Notes: generated by a model from the letters alone, not told the origin. 29,753 nucleotides of DNA from Gammaproteobacteria bacterium (GCA_016191795.1 JACPVK010000437.1:1-29753), one strand, 5' to 3'. Shown: positions 1-9,341, counted from the stretch's first letter. Made by a program: numbers and translations.

Positions 1-2
1 CT

Positions 3-296
3 ATTGATACACTCAAGATTGACCGCAGTTTTGTGACACCCTTGCGTGAAGGCGATGATGTCATGGTGCGAAGTATCATTCGCCTTGGTCGTGAACTAGG
101 TATAAATATTATTGCAGAAGGTGTTGAAGTACAGGAAGAAATCGATCAATTACTGGCGCTGGGATGCAACCAGATGCAGGGATATTTTTATGCACGCCCC
201 ATGTCATTTGCTGATTTATGTGAGTGGTTAGCGCAGCACTACCCATCACAAACCAGCCAATATACCGTCTCGGATACCCAGGAAAGCTCTGATTAA
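3..296 (+). CDS. EAL-domain protein (c-di-GMP phosphodiesterase family), C-terminal fragment; gene starts before the window
   Basis: Frame is open from base 3: IDTLKIDRSFV...IIAEGVE...LGCNQMQGYFYARP, the standard C-terminal EAL motifs. Confidence 0.9.
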   Translation: MDTLKIDRSFVTPLREGDDVMVRSIIRLGRELGINIIAEGVEVQEEIDQLLALGCNQMQGYFYARPMSFADLCEWLAQHYPSQTSQYTVSDTQESSD

Positions 297-328
297 GTCA
301 AAAAATTATGCATGCAGGGCGGATAAGC

Positions 329-399
329 GTAGGTACGAATAGCACAGCGTATTCGTATGCATGAAAATCCTCCGATTAGGCTGCGCTAATCGGAGCTAC
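329..399. repeat. Pair of inverted GTAG-type REP-like hairpins (BIME-like)
   Basis: GTAG-GTACGAATAG-CACAGC-GTATTCGTAT (329-358) and, on the minus strand, GTAG-CTCCGATTAG-CGCAGC-CTAATCGGAG (399-370). Same layout, between convergent genes. Confidence 0.65.
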
Positions 400-424
400 A
401 GTTCTGCATCTGGCTCTGCAAATT

Positions 425-452
425 TCCCCGGCCTGGATGCCGGGGATTTTTT
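425..452 (+). terminator. Intrinsic terminator
   Basis: TCCCCGGC-CTGGAT-GCCGGGGA stem-loop followed by T6, between convergent genes. Confidence 0.75.
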
Positions 453-459
453 GCCCGGT

Positions 460-1131
460 TTATTCCTTTGGTTGATGTGTGCGTCGACGTGCCACGCTGA
501 TTAAACCCACCAGACCCGAACCAAACAACCAGACCGCTGCTGGTAATGGCACGGCACTGGGAGCAAAGGTTGGATACAGCGATGAAATACAACCCGTGTT
601 TGCACACAATAAATCAAACTGGCCGGTTAATGCATAATGAGTCGCCTGGGTATCCAGAAAGAAAAAGTTTGATGATTGACCTATACCCACTTCATTACTA
701 AACAGAAAGTTGACTGCACCATCAACACTCCCAAAATAGCGAGCCACATCCGGCGCTACTGTTCCCAGTCCATCGATACGAAAATCGGCATCGAGTGTAT
801 AACCAGCAAATCCATCCACACGAAAGGCAGATATATCGCCCGTGCCCGATAACGGCATGATGCGCCAGTAAAAATCCAGTGTGCCATCAATGCTGCGCAC
901 GACACGATTTTGAATCTGGCCGGTAAAAGTTTCACCTGCACCGGTAATACTGAAATTGCTGATCATATCTTCCAGTACTGTCCCGGCCAGTTCCGGGCGT
1001 GCCGCAACGGTGGTTCCGGTGATAGCAAAATCGGCAAATGTGCCCACCGGCTCGGTAAGGCTAACGGCGTGGGCATGGCTGGCAATAAACAGGGCACAGC
1101 CCAGAGTCAGTATTGATACGCGTGTATTCAT
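460..1131 (-). CDS. Exported protein with VPLPA-CTERM (PEP-CTERM family) exosortase sorting signal
   Basis: N-terminal signal peptide (...ASHAHA); C-terminal AVPLPAAVWLFGSGLVGLISVARRR (motif, TM helix, basic tail); GGGAG RBS. Confidence 0.9.
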   Translation of the reverse strand: MNTRVSILTLGCALFIASHAHAVSLTEPVGTFADFAITGTTVAARPELAGTVLEDMISNFSITGAGETFTGQIQNRVVRSIDGTLDFYWRIMPLSGTGDISAFRVDGFAGYTLDADFRIDGLGTVAPDVARYFGSVDGAVNFLFSNEVGIGQSSNFFFLDTQATHYALTGQFDLLCANTGCISSLYPTFAPSAVPLPAAVWLFGSGLVGLISVARRRTHQPKE

Positions 1132-1296
1132 TTCATTCTCCTTGAAATTAACCGGGATGGTTTACGCGCACTCAATGTACGGTATCGCTACGCCATATGA
1201 TGTAGGAAAGAGCTGAAACAAAAGTAAGAAATAAAAGCCATGAACTGTCCGCATAAAATACCGAACTGAAGTTATTTGCTGCCACTCACTATTACC

Positions 1297-1317
1297 GTAG
1301 GGTGGGCATTGCCCACC
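1297..1317 (+). repeat. GTAG-type REP-like hairpin
   Basis: GTAG-GGTGGGCA-T-TGCCCACC, intergenic. Confidence 0.65.
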
Positions 1318-1372
1318 TGCAACTGTGAACAACAACGTCGACCTGAAGCCCGGCCGTTAACTGAAACCGGTT

Positions 1373-1996
1373 TTATTTACGCTTGAGCAAACCGTGTAAA
1401 ACCATGTCGGCTACGTTGGCGCAATAGCTGCGCACTTCCTTTGTGGTTAACACACTGTCTTTAAGATGGCCAGCCAGGGCAAACTGCGACAGGCCATGCA
1501 CAGCCGATAAGGATGCCAGCGCCATTTGCTCGGCCGGTCGATCCTGATACAAACTGGCTGCCTGGCCGTTTTCAATAATACGAACCAGCGCCATAACCGC
1601 TTTGTGTGCGGCCTGTTTTAACTCCACACTCGATGCGCTGGATTTGATATTGGCGCCAAACAACAAATTATGCAGCTCCGGGTGTTTGATGGCATGCAAT
1701 ACATAGCGTGTACCGGCTTCAACCAGTTGCTGTATGGGGTCGCGTGGATAGTCCTGAGCTGCCTGATGACAGATCGCTTCAATTTTCTGGTAACCAATCA
1801 CCGCCATGGCCTCGAGTAACGCATCCTTACCCTTGAAATGCCGGTAAGGCGCATTGTGACTAACACCTATAGCAGCAGCCACTTCCCGCAAACTTAATCT
1901 GGCTACCCCGTTTTTTTCCAGGTACTCGATGGCGGCTTCTACAAACGATTCTTTTAAAAATCCATGATGGTACGGCGCCCTGGTGGTTTTAGGCAT
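1373..1996 (-). CDS. TetR/AcrR-family transcriptional regulator (WHG-type C-terminal domain)
   Basis: YHHG..L...AA......G...LSLREVA...GVSHNAPYRHF HTH; C-terminal SAVHGL. Confidence 0.93.
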   Translation of the reverse strand: MPKTTRAPYHHGFLKESFVEAAIEYLEKNGVARLSLREVAAAIGVSHNAPYRHFKGKDALLEAMAVIGYQKIEAICHQAAQDYPRDPIQQLVEAGTRYVLHAIKHPELHNLLFGANIKSSASSVELKQAAHKAVMALVRIIENGQAASLYQDRPAEQMALASLSAVHGLSQFALAGHLKDSVLTTKEVRSYCANVADMVLHGLLKRK

Positions 1997-2045
1997 GATT
2001 AAACAGAACCTTTAAGAAATGGACCCGGGTTATTAGACAATATTA

Positions 2046-2094
2046 TGTTGACACTGTAAACATCCGATGCTAGCTTTTGTTGACACTGTCAACA
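2046..2094. promoter_or_regulatory. Two TetR-type operators overlapping divergent sigma70 promoters
   Basis: TGTTGACA-C-TGTAAACA (2046-2062) and perfect TGTTGACA-C-TGTCAACA (2078-2094). Plus strand: TTGACA(2048)-17 nt-TAGCTT(2071). Minus strand: TTTACA-17 nt-TCTAAT toward tetR. Confidence 0.8.
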
Positions 2095-2114
2095 TTACTC
2101 GCACAGGGGGAAAC

Positions 2115-3065
2115 ATGACGAAACCCAACCGGCTGGTTAAGGTAATTATTGGTTTTGCGCTTTACGTTGTTACAGCGCCACTGCAGGCGAACCTGATTGA
2201 ACAGGACGTGGAACTCGCCACCTGTCATCTTCATATACACAAAACCAATGCAACCATTGATAACCATGGACCCCTGTTTGTGATGATCGAGGGCGTGCCC
2301 TTATCTGCGCTGATATATCGCAAACTGGCATTATCACTGGCAGATAATATGTCTGCACAATCCATACTGATTGATTTTCCAGGTGTCGGTAAATCATTTC
2401 TGAAAGGCGAAAGTTATACCTGGTCAGATCATCGCCAGTGCATAAAATCGTATTTGTTAACCTTGCCACCGCATATTGTTATGACCAGTGATTTATCGAC
2501 ACCGGTGGTGGCACCGCTTATGCGTCAGTCTGTGCCGATTCGCGGCATGATAATCAGCAACGGTGTGATTAAGCCAAGTATTGCCGAACCACCTTTCCCA
2601 ATGAGTTTTTTTAGATGCTGCCCGCAAGCAGCCTTAAATGCCAGCACATGGATACCCAATGCCGTATTAAGAAATCGTATAAAAGAAATTGGTATAGGAC
2701 GTGAAGCCACAGCCGATCATGCAGAAATAGATACGTTGGCAAAAGAAATGGATGTCAACGGTTATACCGGGCTGGCAAACATCATGCCCGGCTTCACCCT
2801 GGATGCAGCGGCTGACATGGAAGTGAGCGAGGCGCTAACAACCACCCTGCCCTTACTCTATTTATGGGGAACACTGGACCCGGTACTGGGCGAACACTAT
2901 AAATATCTGCCCGCCCTGCAGGCCAACCAGCAACTGGTTTTATATCCACAGGCCAGTCATTACCCGATGCTGGATCATCACCGCGAAATGGCCCGTGACA
3001 TTGAGATCTGGTACAAAAAACAATTTGTTATTGAAATGAATGCGTATAACGCCAGTGAAAAATAA
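2115..3065 (+). CDS. Alpha/beta-fold hydrolase, divergent haloalkane dehalogenase/epoxide hydrolase-like, probable signal peptide
   Basis: EGVP (HGxP-like), IDFPGVGKS, MTSDLS (possible Asp nucleophile elbow), LYLWGTLD, ASHYP (catalytic His). Start moved to ATG 2115, which follows an AGGGGG RBS. Confidence 0.75.
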   Translation: MTKPNRLVKVIIGFALYVVTAPLQANLIEQDVELATCHLHIHKTNATIDNHGPLFVMIEGVPLSALIYRKLALSLADNMSAQSILIDFPGVGKSFLKGESYTWSDHRQCIKSYLLTLPPHIVMTSDLSTPVVAPLMRQSVPIRGMIISNGVIKPSIAEPPFPMSFFRCCPQAALNASTWIPNAVLRNRIKEIGIGREATADHAEIDTLAKEMDVNGYTGLANIMPGFTLDAAADMEVSEALTTTLPLLYLWGTLDPVLGEHYKYLPALQANQQLVLYPQASHYPMLDHHREMARDIEIWYKKQFVIEMNAYNASEK

Positions 3066-3099
3066 TTTTATCAACACCCGTGCGCATCAGCATACAACC

Positions 3100-3834
3100 A
3101 TGAAACTGCTGGAGTTTCCACATTCACATTATTGTGAAAAAGCCAAATGGGCACTGGATCATAAAGGCCTTGCCTATAAAACTGTGCCAATTATTCCAGG
3201 CCTGCACATGATAACAGTACGCTACTATGCGCCAGACACATCGGTTCCGGTTTTGCTTGATCATAAAACCGTCGTACAGGGCTCCAGTGAAATTATTAAT
3301 TATCTGGAACAACATTTTCCACAGCACAGTTTAACGCCCGTCGAGCCTGAGGAACGCCAGGCCTGCCTGCAACTGGAAACAGCCATGGATAAAGAACTGG
3401 GGGAAAATATTCGGCGGATTTTATACCATCGTTTATTGGCCTACCCGACCTTTGTGCGTTACTGTTTTACACACCCGATGGCAGCTTATAAACAATGGTT
3501 GTTTACCTTGAGTTACCCGATTTTGCGCTACAAAATTTATCACAATTATGTGATTTCCGATCAGGCCGCAAAACTGGCACTGCATGAGTTTGACGAAGCA
3601 ATGCAAACTCTGGCCAGACAACTGGAAAATCGTCAATATTTTATTGGCAACAAATTTAGCCGATGTGATTTAACGGTTGCATCCATGCTGGCATTTATTT
3701 TTATGCCCAGACAACATCCCTTCCCGTGGATTGAAATACCCGACCCGGAAGTGCGCGCCTTTTACGCACGTTATCAAAACCATCCGGTGATTGTGTGGGC
3801 TAACAATATTTATCTTAAGCATCGTCAACGGTAG
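3100..3834 (+). CDS. Glutathione S-transferase family protein
   Basis: SHYCEKAKWALDHKGL...SVPVL...VQGSSEIINYL N-domain; YFIGNKFSRCDLTVASML C-domain. Start moved to ATG 3100. Confidence 0.9.
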   Translation: MKLLEFPHSHYCEKAKWALDHKGLAYKTVPIIPGLHMITVRYYAPDTSVPVLLDHKTVVQGSSEIINYLEQHFPQHSLTPVEPEERQACLQLETAMDKELGENIRRILYHRLLAYPTFVRYCFTHPMAAYKQWLFTLSYPILRYKIYHNYVISDQAAKLALHEFDEAMQTLARQLENRQYFIGNKFSRCDLTVASMLAFIFMPRQHPFPWIEIPDPEVRAFYARYQNHPVIVWANNIYLKHRQR

Positions 3835-3882
3835 CCGGCCTGGACATAAAAACTCCAAACGGATTGGCACTTACTTAAAAAT

Positions 3883-3904
3883 GTAAGAGCGGGCCATGCC
3901 CGCG
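3883..3904 (+). repeat. REP-like hairpin (GTAG-family variant)
   Basis: GTAAGA-GCGGGC-CAT-GCCCGC-G between convergent genes. Confidence 0.5.
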
Positions 3905-3983
3905 CAAAGCTGGCGAGTTGAAACCAGCACATCACTGCGCGAATGCGCCAGTACATGTTCAGTAGATTGTATAACGATAGAAT

Positions 3984-6809
3984 TCAGGCTGACAAACGGG
4001 ATTTTTTATGTATGTTAGCCACGGCATTCTGCAAATCACCGAGTTGCAAACAAATCTGATCTTTCAGGGTGAGTAATTCAACACACAATGCCCTGGCCTG
4101 TTCGAAATCACCCGTTTCGCGCAGGCGAATAATTTCTGAACCAAGCTGATGCACTTTAACATGCACGGGCTCAATGGCACTAAATTCGGGCAAATGTCCA
4201 TAATTCTGTTTGCCCGGACCGTAACACCAGTGACCAAAACTGCAATGATGATGATCGACCAGCTGGGTATCGTTAACCGGCTGATCATTCTGTTCAACGG
4301 TGAGTAATACATTTTTAACCCAGCCGAGATGATCGTGCTGCGCCACCAGCAAGGGTAAATCACACAGTTCCCATTTTAAATCTGACCACATTCTCCATTG
4401 TGGTTCAGGTTGATACTGTTGCGCCCATAAAACAACTTCTTGCGCCGGCATGGGACGTGCAATACCAAAGCCCTGTGCAATATCGCAACCCAGTCGCATT
4501 AACAACACACCGTGATCAGACGTTTCCACACCTTCGGCAATCACATCACGGGCAAATAACCTGGCCATGCTGATAACCGCCTCGACCAGTGCCAGATCAT
4601 CTTCATCAACCAGCATGTCGCGCACAAATGACTGATCAATTTTAAGTGTGTTAACAGGCAAATGACGCAGATAGTTAAGTGATGAATAACCGGTACCAAA
4701 ATCATCCAGCGAAAATGTCACACCCAGGCCCTGGCATGCCGCAATAACCTTGCTGACCTGTGCCACATCGCCCAGCGCAACGGATTCAACAATTTCGATT
4801 TCCAGCAGTCGTGGCGCAACATTATTGTGCCGCGTCAGCAACATATTTAATCGATCAAAAAAATCATCGTTCTGAAAATGGGGCGCCGCAATATTCACAC
4901 TCACTGGCCATAGCATGCCCTGTTCTTGCCATAGCCCGATTTGCTGCAAGGCCTGATCAATAACCCACTCACCAATTTCAACGATCAGTTCAGATTGTTC
5001 TATCAAGGGGAGAAAATCGGGCGGCAACACCTGACCATCGTGCGGATGTTGCCAGCGTAGCAAGGCCTCAAAGCCAACAACCTGCCCGCTGCGCATATTC
5101 ACCTTGGGCTGGTAATGCAAACTCAATTCACCCTGCAACATGGCGGTGCGTATACGTTCCAGCGTCTGGTGACCGGCGCGGGTTTCTTCGTGCAATGTCA
5201 CATCAAACATTTGATAACGATTGCTGCCAATTTGTTTTGCCTGATACATGGCCTGATCGGCATGACGCATCAGTGTGTCGGCATCGGCATTATCCACAGG
5301 ATAAAGCGTCACCCCGATACAGGCAGATATATGTATCGTCACGCCTTCAATTGTATAAGGTGCTGCAATGGCATTAAGGATGCGTCGCACGGCGTGGTGT
5401 ACTTCTTCTTCCTCACCCACGTCATTAAGTATTAACACAAACTCATCACCACCCAGACGCGCCACGGTATCTTCGGCCCGCATGGATTTACGTAATCGAG
5501 TGCTCACTTCAATGAGTAACAAATCACCCACTGCATGCCCGTAACGATCGTTCACCGGCTTAAAGGCATCCAGATCCACCAGACAAACGCCAAGTAATCG
5601 ACGGTGACGTTTTGCCACAGCGATGGCCTGCTCGAAACGATCGGTTAATAAAATGCGATTGGGTAAACCGGTTAGCGCATCGTGACCCGCCTGCCATTGC
5701 ACCCTGCTCAACAGGCGATGTTTTTCGGTAACATCGTGAAACACCAGCACACATCCGGCAAGCGAACCGTCTGGCAAATGAATGAGTGCGGCGGAATCTT
5801 CAATATTAAAGTTTTCGCCATCACGACTGATTAACACACTGTGATTGGATAACTTTACGGTATTACCATGACGCAACGCCTGTTCAACCGGGGTTTCCAT
5901 AGGCTCACGCGTGGATTCCTCAATAACATGAAATATTTCACTAACAGGTTTACCCAATGCTTCTTCCAGAGGGTAGCCGGTAAGATGGCTGGCCACCTGA
6001 TTTAAAAAAGTGACCCGGGATTGCGCATCGGTGGTTATTACCGCATCGCCAATAGATGACAGGGTGACTTCTGCCAGTTCTTTTTCGGTGTGCAAACGTT
6101 GAATTAAATCGCTGATTTTTTGTGCCATGGCATTGAACGATTCGGACAACGCACTGATTTCTGCCGAATCACCCGGCGGTAAACGCGTACCCAGTTTGCC
6201 CTGTTGAAAATCCAGTGCGGCCGATTGCAATTCACGCATGCCACGCAAGGTGCCACGAAACAGCAGGAACGTCATCAAGGCGACCAGTAAAATCACCATG
6301 CCCAGTGCGCGCATCTGATTAGTAACTTGCTGCCAGCCTGGATATAAAACATGGTCCAGATCGTATGTCAGTGTCAAACTGCCATAGTTGACGCCACCCA
6401 GTTCCAGTGGAATGAAAAACTCTGATTGAATAATTCCGAGTTGCTCGCGAAACCACACGGGTGCATGGTTAGCCCCGACATCATCATCGACAACGCTGAG
6501 CTGACTGTTTTGATTTTGCCAGCTGATACGTTGCAAATCGGAACTGGCATTTACCTGATTTTGCAATATTGGTTTGATGGAGGAATAATCGCCACGTATC
6601 AAATAATCAATCAATACCGGCGGCATGGCCTGACGCACAATATTCGTTTCATCGGACAGGCGGGTATTCACCAGGTCCCTGATTTCCTGAATCAACATCA
6701 GGGTTCTTACGGTAGCCGCCATCAACACCACCAACGTAACGACACTGATCAGGCGAATCAGCAATGGTACCCGGCGCCAGCGTAATCTCATATAACCTAT
6801 GACATTCAT
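3984..6809 (-). CDS. Membrane-bound diguanylate cyclase/phosphodiesterase: TM-periplasmic-TM-HAMP-PAS-GGDEF-EAL-CZB
   Basis: Two TM helices, HAMP (EISALSESFNAM), PAS, RAED I-site five residues before GGDEF, EALLR, DDFGTGYSSL, AEGVE; C-terminal HLGW...CSFGHW...HVKVH (CZB 3His/1Cys). Confidence 0.93.
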   Translation of the reverse strand: MNVIGYMRLRWRRVPLLIRLISVVTLVVLMAATVRTLMLIQEIRDLVNTRLSDETNIVRQAMPPVLIDYLIRGDYSSIKPILQNQVNASSDLQRISWQNQNSQLSVVDDDVGANHAPVWFREQLGIIQSEFFIPLELGGVNYGSLTLTYDLDHVLYPGWQQVTNQMRALGMVILLVALMTFLLFRGTLRGMRELQSAALDFQQGKLGTRLPPGDSAEISALSESFNAMAQKISDLIQRLHTEKELAEVTLSSIGDAVITTDAQSRVTFLNQVASHLTGYPLEEALGKPVSEIFHVIEESTREPMETPVEQALRHGNTVKLSNHSVLISRDGENFNIEDSAALIHLPDGSLAGCVLVFHDVTEKHRLLSRVQWQAGHDALTGLPNRILLTDRFEQAIAVAKRHRRLLGVCLVDLDAFKPVNDRYGHAVGDLLLIEVSTRLRKSMRAEDTVARLGGDEFVLILNDVGEEEEVHHAVRRILNAIAAPYTIEGVTIHISACIGVTLYPVDNADADTLMRHADQAMYQAKQIGSNRYQMFDVTLHEETRAGHQTLERIRTAMLQGELSLHYQPKVNMRSGQVVGFEALLRWQHPHDGQVLPPDFLPLIEQSELIVEIGEWVIDQALQQIGLWQEQGMLWPVSVNIAAPHFQNDDFFDRLNMLLTRHNNVAPRLLEIEIVESVALGDVAQVSKVIAACQGLGVTFSLDDFGTGYSSLNYLRHLPVNTLKIDQSFVRDMLVDEDDLALVEAVISMARLFARDVIAEGVETSDHGVLLMRLGCDIAQGFGIARPMPAQEVVLWAQQYQPEPQWRMWSDLKWELCDLPLLVAQHDHLGWVKNVLLTVEQNDQPVNDTQLVDHHHCSFGHWCYGPGKQNYGHLPEFSAIEPVHVKVHQLGSEIIRLRETGDFEQARALCVELLTLKDQICLQLGDLQNAVANIHKKSRLSA

Positions 6810-7669
6810 GGGGATGGTTTCGTCACCAGCGTGTTACGATAAAACACTCGGTAATTCTCATAGTCGGCATCATTTGCAGGAACAAAAGCCAGCACTTTTT
6901 CACTTTTGATTTTAGCACTTACAAATTGCAGAACTTTTTGCCCTTCCTCATCTTTCGACATATCGATTAATACCTGACGTACTTTTTTCACGGTGGCGGC
7001 CGGCACACGCGGATGCGCCATGACAGCCAGATCCATATAAGGATCGGAAGACCACAGCACACGATATTTTAGCCCTTCGCGTCGTGAATACTGCGCCATG
7101 ACGTGATCATTAACCCCGGCTGCCGCTACATTGCCCAGGGCCAGATGTGTCATGGCTGATTCCTGATTTCCGGAAAACACCGGCGTCACCTTGACATGAT
7201 TTTGCAACAAGGTATCCATTGGCACCCAATAGCCGGTAAAGGCATCCGAATTGGCGAACGCCACCTGCTTGCCAGCAAGATCGGATAATGTTTGATAAGG
7301 TGAAGTGGTCAGCGTGACAATCTGACCGCGTATGCCTGAGGTATTAAAACGCGCCAGTAATTTAAAACCCAGCTTGTCGCGTTCGGGGGTGAACAGATGA
7401 TTGGTATAGACAAAATCGAAATCACCTCGTACCGTCATCGCGGTGGTTTCTTCTGCCACACTGCCCATTTTTAGTGCGAGTGGTACACCGGCTTTATGGC
7501 TGACATAAGTCAGTATGGGATTCCAGATTTCTGCGGTGGCAATGACCGAGCGTTGATTAAGCACACCGAAAAGCAAAGGCTCACCAGCATGAGCAATGCC
7601 GGCAAACAGCAAGCAGTACAGCGATAACAGAATTTGGCAGGTAGATCCCGTAACACGGCGGAACAACAT
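6806..7669 (-). CDS. PhnD-like (phosphate/phosphite/phosphonate-type) periplasmic substrate-binding protein
   Basis: Signal peptide; FGVLNQRS...WNPILTYVS, DFVYTNH, LSDLAGKQVAFANSDAFTGY. Stop overlaps the next start (ATGA). ATG 7669 follows a GGAG RBS. Confidence 0.85.
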   Translation of the reverse strand: MLFRRVTGSTCQILLSLYCLLFAGIAHAGEPLLFGVLNQRSVIATAEIWNPILTYVSHKAGVPLALKMGSVAEETTAMTVRGDFDFVYTNHLFTPERDKLGFKLLARFNTSGIRGQIVTLTTSPYQTLSDLAGKQVAFANSDAFTGYWVPMDTLLQNHVKVTPVFSGNQESAMTHLALGNVAAAGVNDHVMAQYSRREGLKYRVLWSSDPYMDLAVMAHPRVPAATVKKVRQVLIDMSKDEEGQKVLQFVSAKIKSEKVLAFVPANDADYENYRVFYRNTLVTKPSP

Positions 7670-8079
7670 GAATACTCCCCCTATAAACACAGCAATAGAT
7701 ACAGCTCTTGCAAATCCGTGCTGCCATTTAAACTCGCAAGCTCTGGTATAAATCGGCTAATTTATAGAGTTACGGCTAATTAACACTCCCTGATACACCA
7801 TCGCCTGATGAAATACCGGAATCCATTCAGATGGATTTCTCTTGCATGCCCGCCTGGCGTTGGCGCCAATAAAATACTTACCACAACAAATCGCAACAAC
7901 ATGAGACAGTGTGTATGTACAATGCCTCAGCCCTGCCATATTTCAGCTGGCTTTATACAGCTACGGGTAACTATAACATTCTGTGTAAATTTTGCATGTG
8001 ATCATGCTATCAACTTACCCGGCAAGAGTGAGCAGCCATGACATATGGCCAGTTGATTACGGGTCCTGTTTGTATCCTG

Positions 8080-8274
8080 TCAGTCACTATCCTGCTGGTG
8101 AGCATATCGTTTAATCATTTCCCGTGCCGGCTCACCGTAACGTTTGATCCATTGAGCCAGCACCAGAGGACTGATATGGCCTCCTCGCATTAACTGCTGC
8201 TCCAGTCTTTGCAGGCCTTCATCAGAAATACGCGCCTCGCGAGAAACACCTGGAGCTGGTGGTTTTTTGATCAT
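8080..8274 (-). CDS. Small hypothetical protein (64 aa)
   Basis: AGGA RBS before ATG 8274; helical, protein-like composition (RISDEGLQRLEQQL...VLAQWIKRYGEPAREMIKRY); 44 bp downstream of the methyltransferase on the same strand. Confidence 0.6.
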   Translation of the reverse strand: MIKKPPAPGVSREARISDEGLQRLEQQLMRGGHISPLVLAQWIKRYGEPAREMIKRYAHQQDSD

Positions 8275-8318
8275 ATGTCCTGTCAAAAGAATTTAGACAC
8301 AACTTAATATAGTCTGTT

Positions 8319-9122
8319 TTATTTTTTTACTGCCAGTACGCCATCACCATTGAGTTCTGCAACAAACCCGGCCTGCCTTAACCGTGTTGCCACTTCGTTT
8401 GGCACATCGCGACCACTGGTAAGCCTGTTGGGCGTGCCGGTATAGTGAAACAACTTGCCCTTGCGCCGGATGACTCTGGCCAGGTGATTATAAAAGTTTT
8501 GTGAATACAACTCACCGGCAATACCAAAACGTGGCGGGTCATGCAAAATAGCGTCTACCGATTCATTAGGCAACGCAGCAATCTGTTCCGCTATATCTGC
8601 ATTGGTTAAACTAAAATTATCAGCAACTGCCGGTGACCAGGGGTTTAAACTGCGCAACCAGATAACATCCGGGTTTTTTTCGTATGAGATCACTTGCCTG
8701 GCCTGCCCCTGCAAACACCACGCCGCAAAATAACCCAGGCCACCACAGGTATCCAGAATCACCTTGCCTTGCGGCTGAATTAAATTAACTTTACGTTGCG
8801 CATCGGCATACGGCGACACTGTTGCCGTGGGTAACATTTTAATGCCATCAATTTCAAATGTGGGCGCACCCCACTCGGTGGGTACTAATTTGATTAGCGA
8901 ATTGCTGTAACGCGATACACCCTGAAACGACTCGCCATCCCAGTAATAAATCGTTCTGTCCTTGCAGTTTTCCATGAATGGATAATGCCGGCCTTGCCAG
9001 ATCCAGCCTGTACTATCGACCTCGACAGTGGTTTTTGTACGATCCAGATCCAGTGAGCACTCAACACGGGCAGTAGCCGACTGTAATGCCTTGTGCACAG
9101 TTAAAGTTAATAGCGGCCCCAT
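8319..9122 (-). CDS. Class I SAM-dependent methyltransferase (COG2521-like)
   Basis: ILDTCGGLGYFA (motif I), DAILHDPPRF (DPP motif), KLVPTEWGAPTFEIDGIKM. Confidence 0.85.
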   Translation of the reverse strand: MGPLLTLTVHKALQSATARVECSLDLDRTKTTVEVDSTGWIWQGRHYPFMENCKDRTIYYWDGESFQGVSRYSNSLIKLVPTEWGAPTFEIDGIKMLPTATVSPYADAQRKVNLIQPQGKVILDTCGGLGYFAAWCLQGQARQVISYEKNPDVIWLRSLNPWSPAVADNFSLTNADIAEQIAALPNESVDAILHDPPRFGIAGELYSQNFYNHLARVIRRKGKLFHYTGTPNRLTSGRDVPNEVATRLRQAGFVAELNGDGVLAVKK

Positions 9123-9152
9123 AATGCCCTGACCGCATGGCGGTTATAAATA

Positions 9153-9341
9153 GGGCACCTCTAAAAACAGTCTTTTTCCGCGATAGCGGCGTCAGCTCCG
9201 TGCTCGAATCCTCATGTATTCCCACATACACTGCGGTTCTCGGCTCGGGCTTCCTGCTTCGCTCTACCTCCTTCATCCATGCAGTCGTGCGCGCGGTGCT
9301 TCCTTGCTCTCGCGAAAAAATCCAGGTTTTTAGAGGTGCCC
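9153..9341. mobile_element. MITE-like element, 189 bp
   Basis: Perfect 16-bp terminal inverted repeats GGGCACCTCTAAAAAC (9153-9168 / 9326-9341) with further imperfect subterminal similarity; AATA on both flanks (9149-9152, 9342-9345); no transposase. Confidence 0.7.

Noticed and set aside
6806-7669. Phosphonate ABC transport operon (phnCDE)
   Set aside because: No ATPase or permease genes adjacent; the gene is coupled to a signalling enzyme, so no phnD symbol was assigned
7708-7727. sigma54 promoter upstream of the binding-protein gene (TGGCAGCACGGATTTGCA on minus)
   Set aside because: GG-to-GC spacing is 12 rather than the obligatory 10
7757-8041. ORFs 7757-7939 (-) and 7808-8041 (+)
   Set aside because: No RBS or motif support and mutually overlapping; treated as intergenic
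9110-9140. Possible frameshift at the methyltransferase 5' end (MRSGHY in one frame, GPLLT in another)
   Set aside because: ATG 9122 has a plausible AGGG RBS and gives an intact ORF; a frameshift cannot be claimed without a homologue alignment
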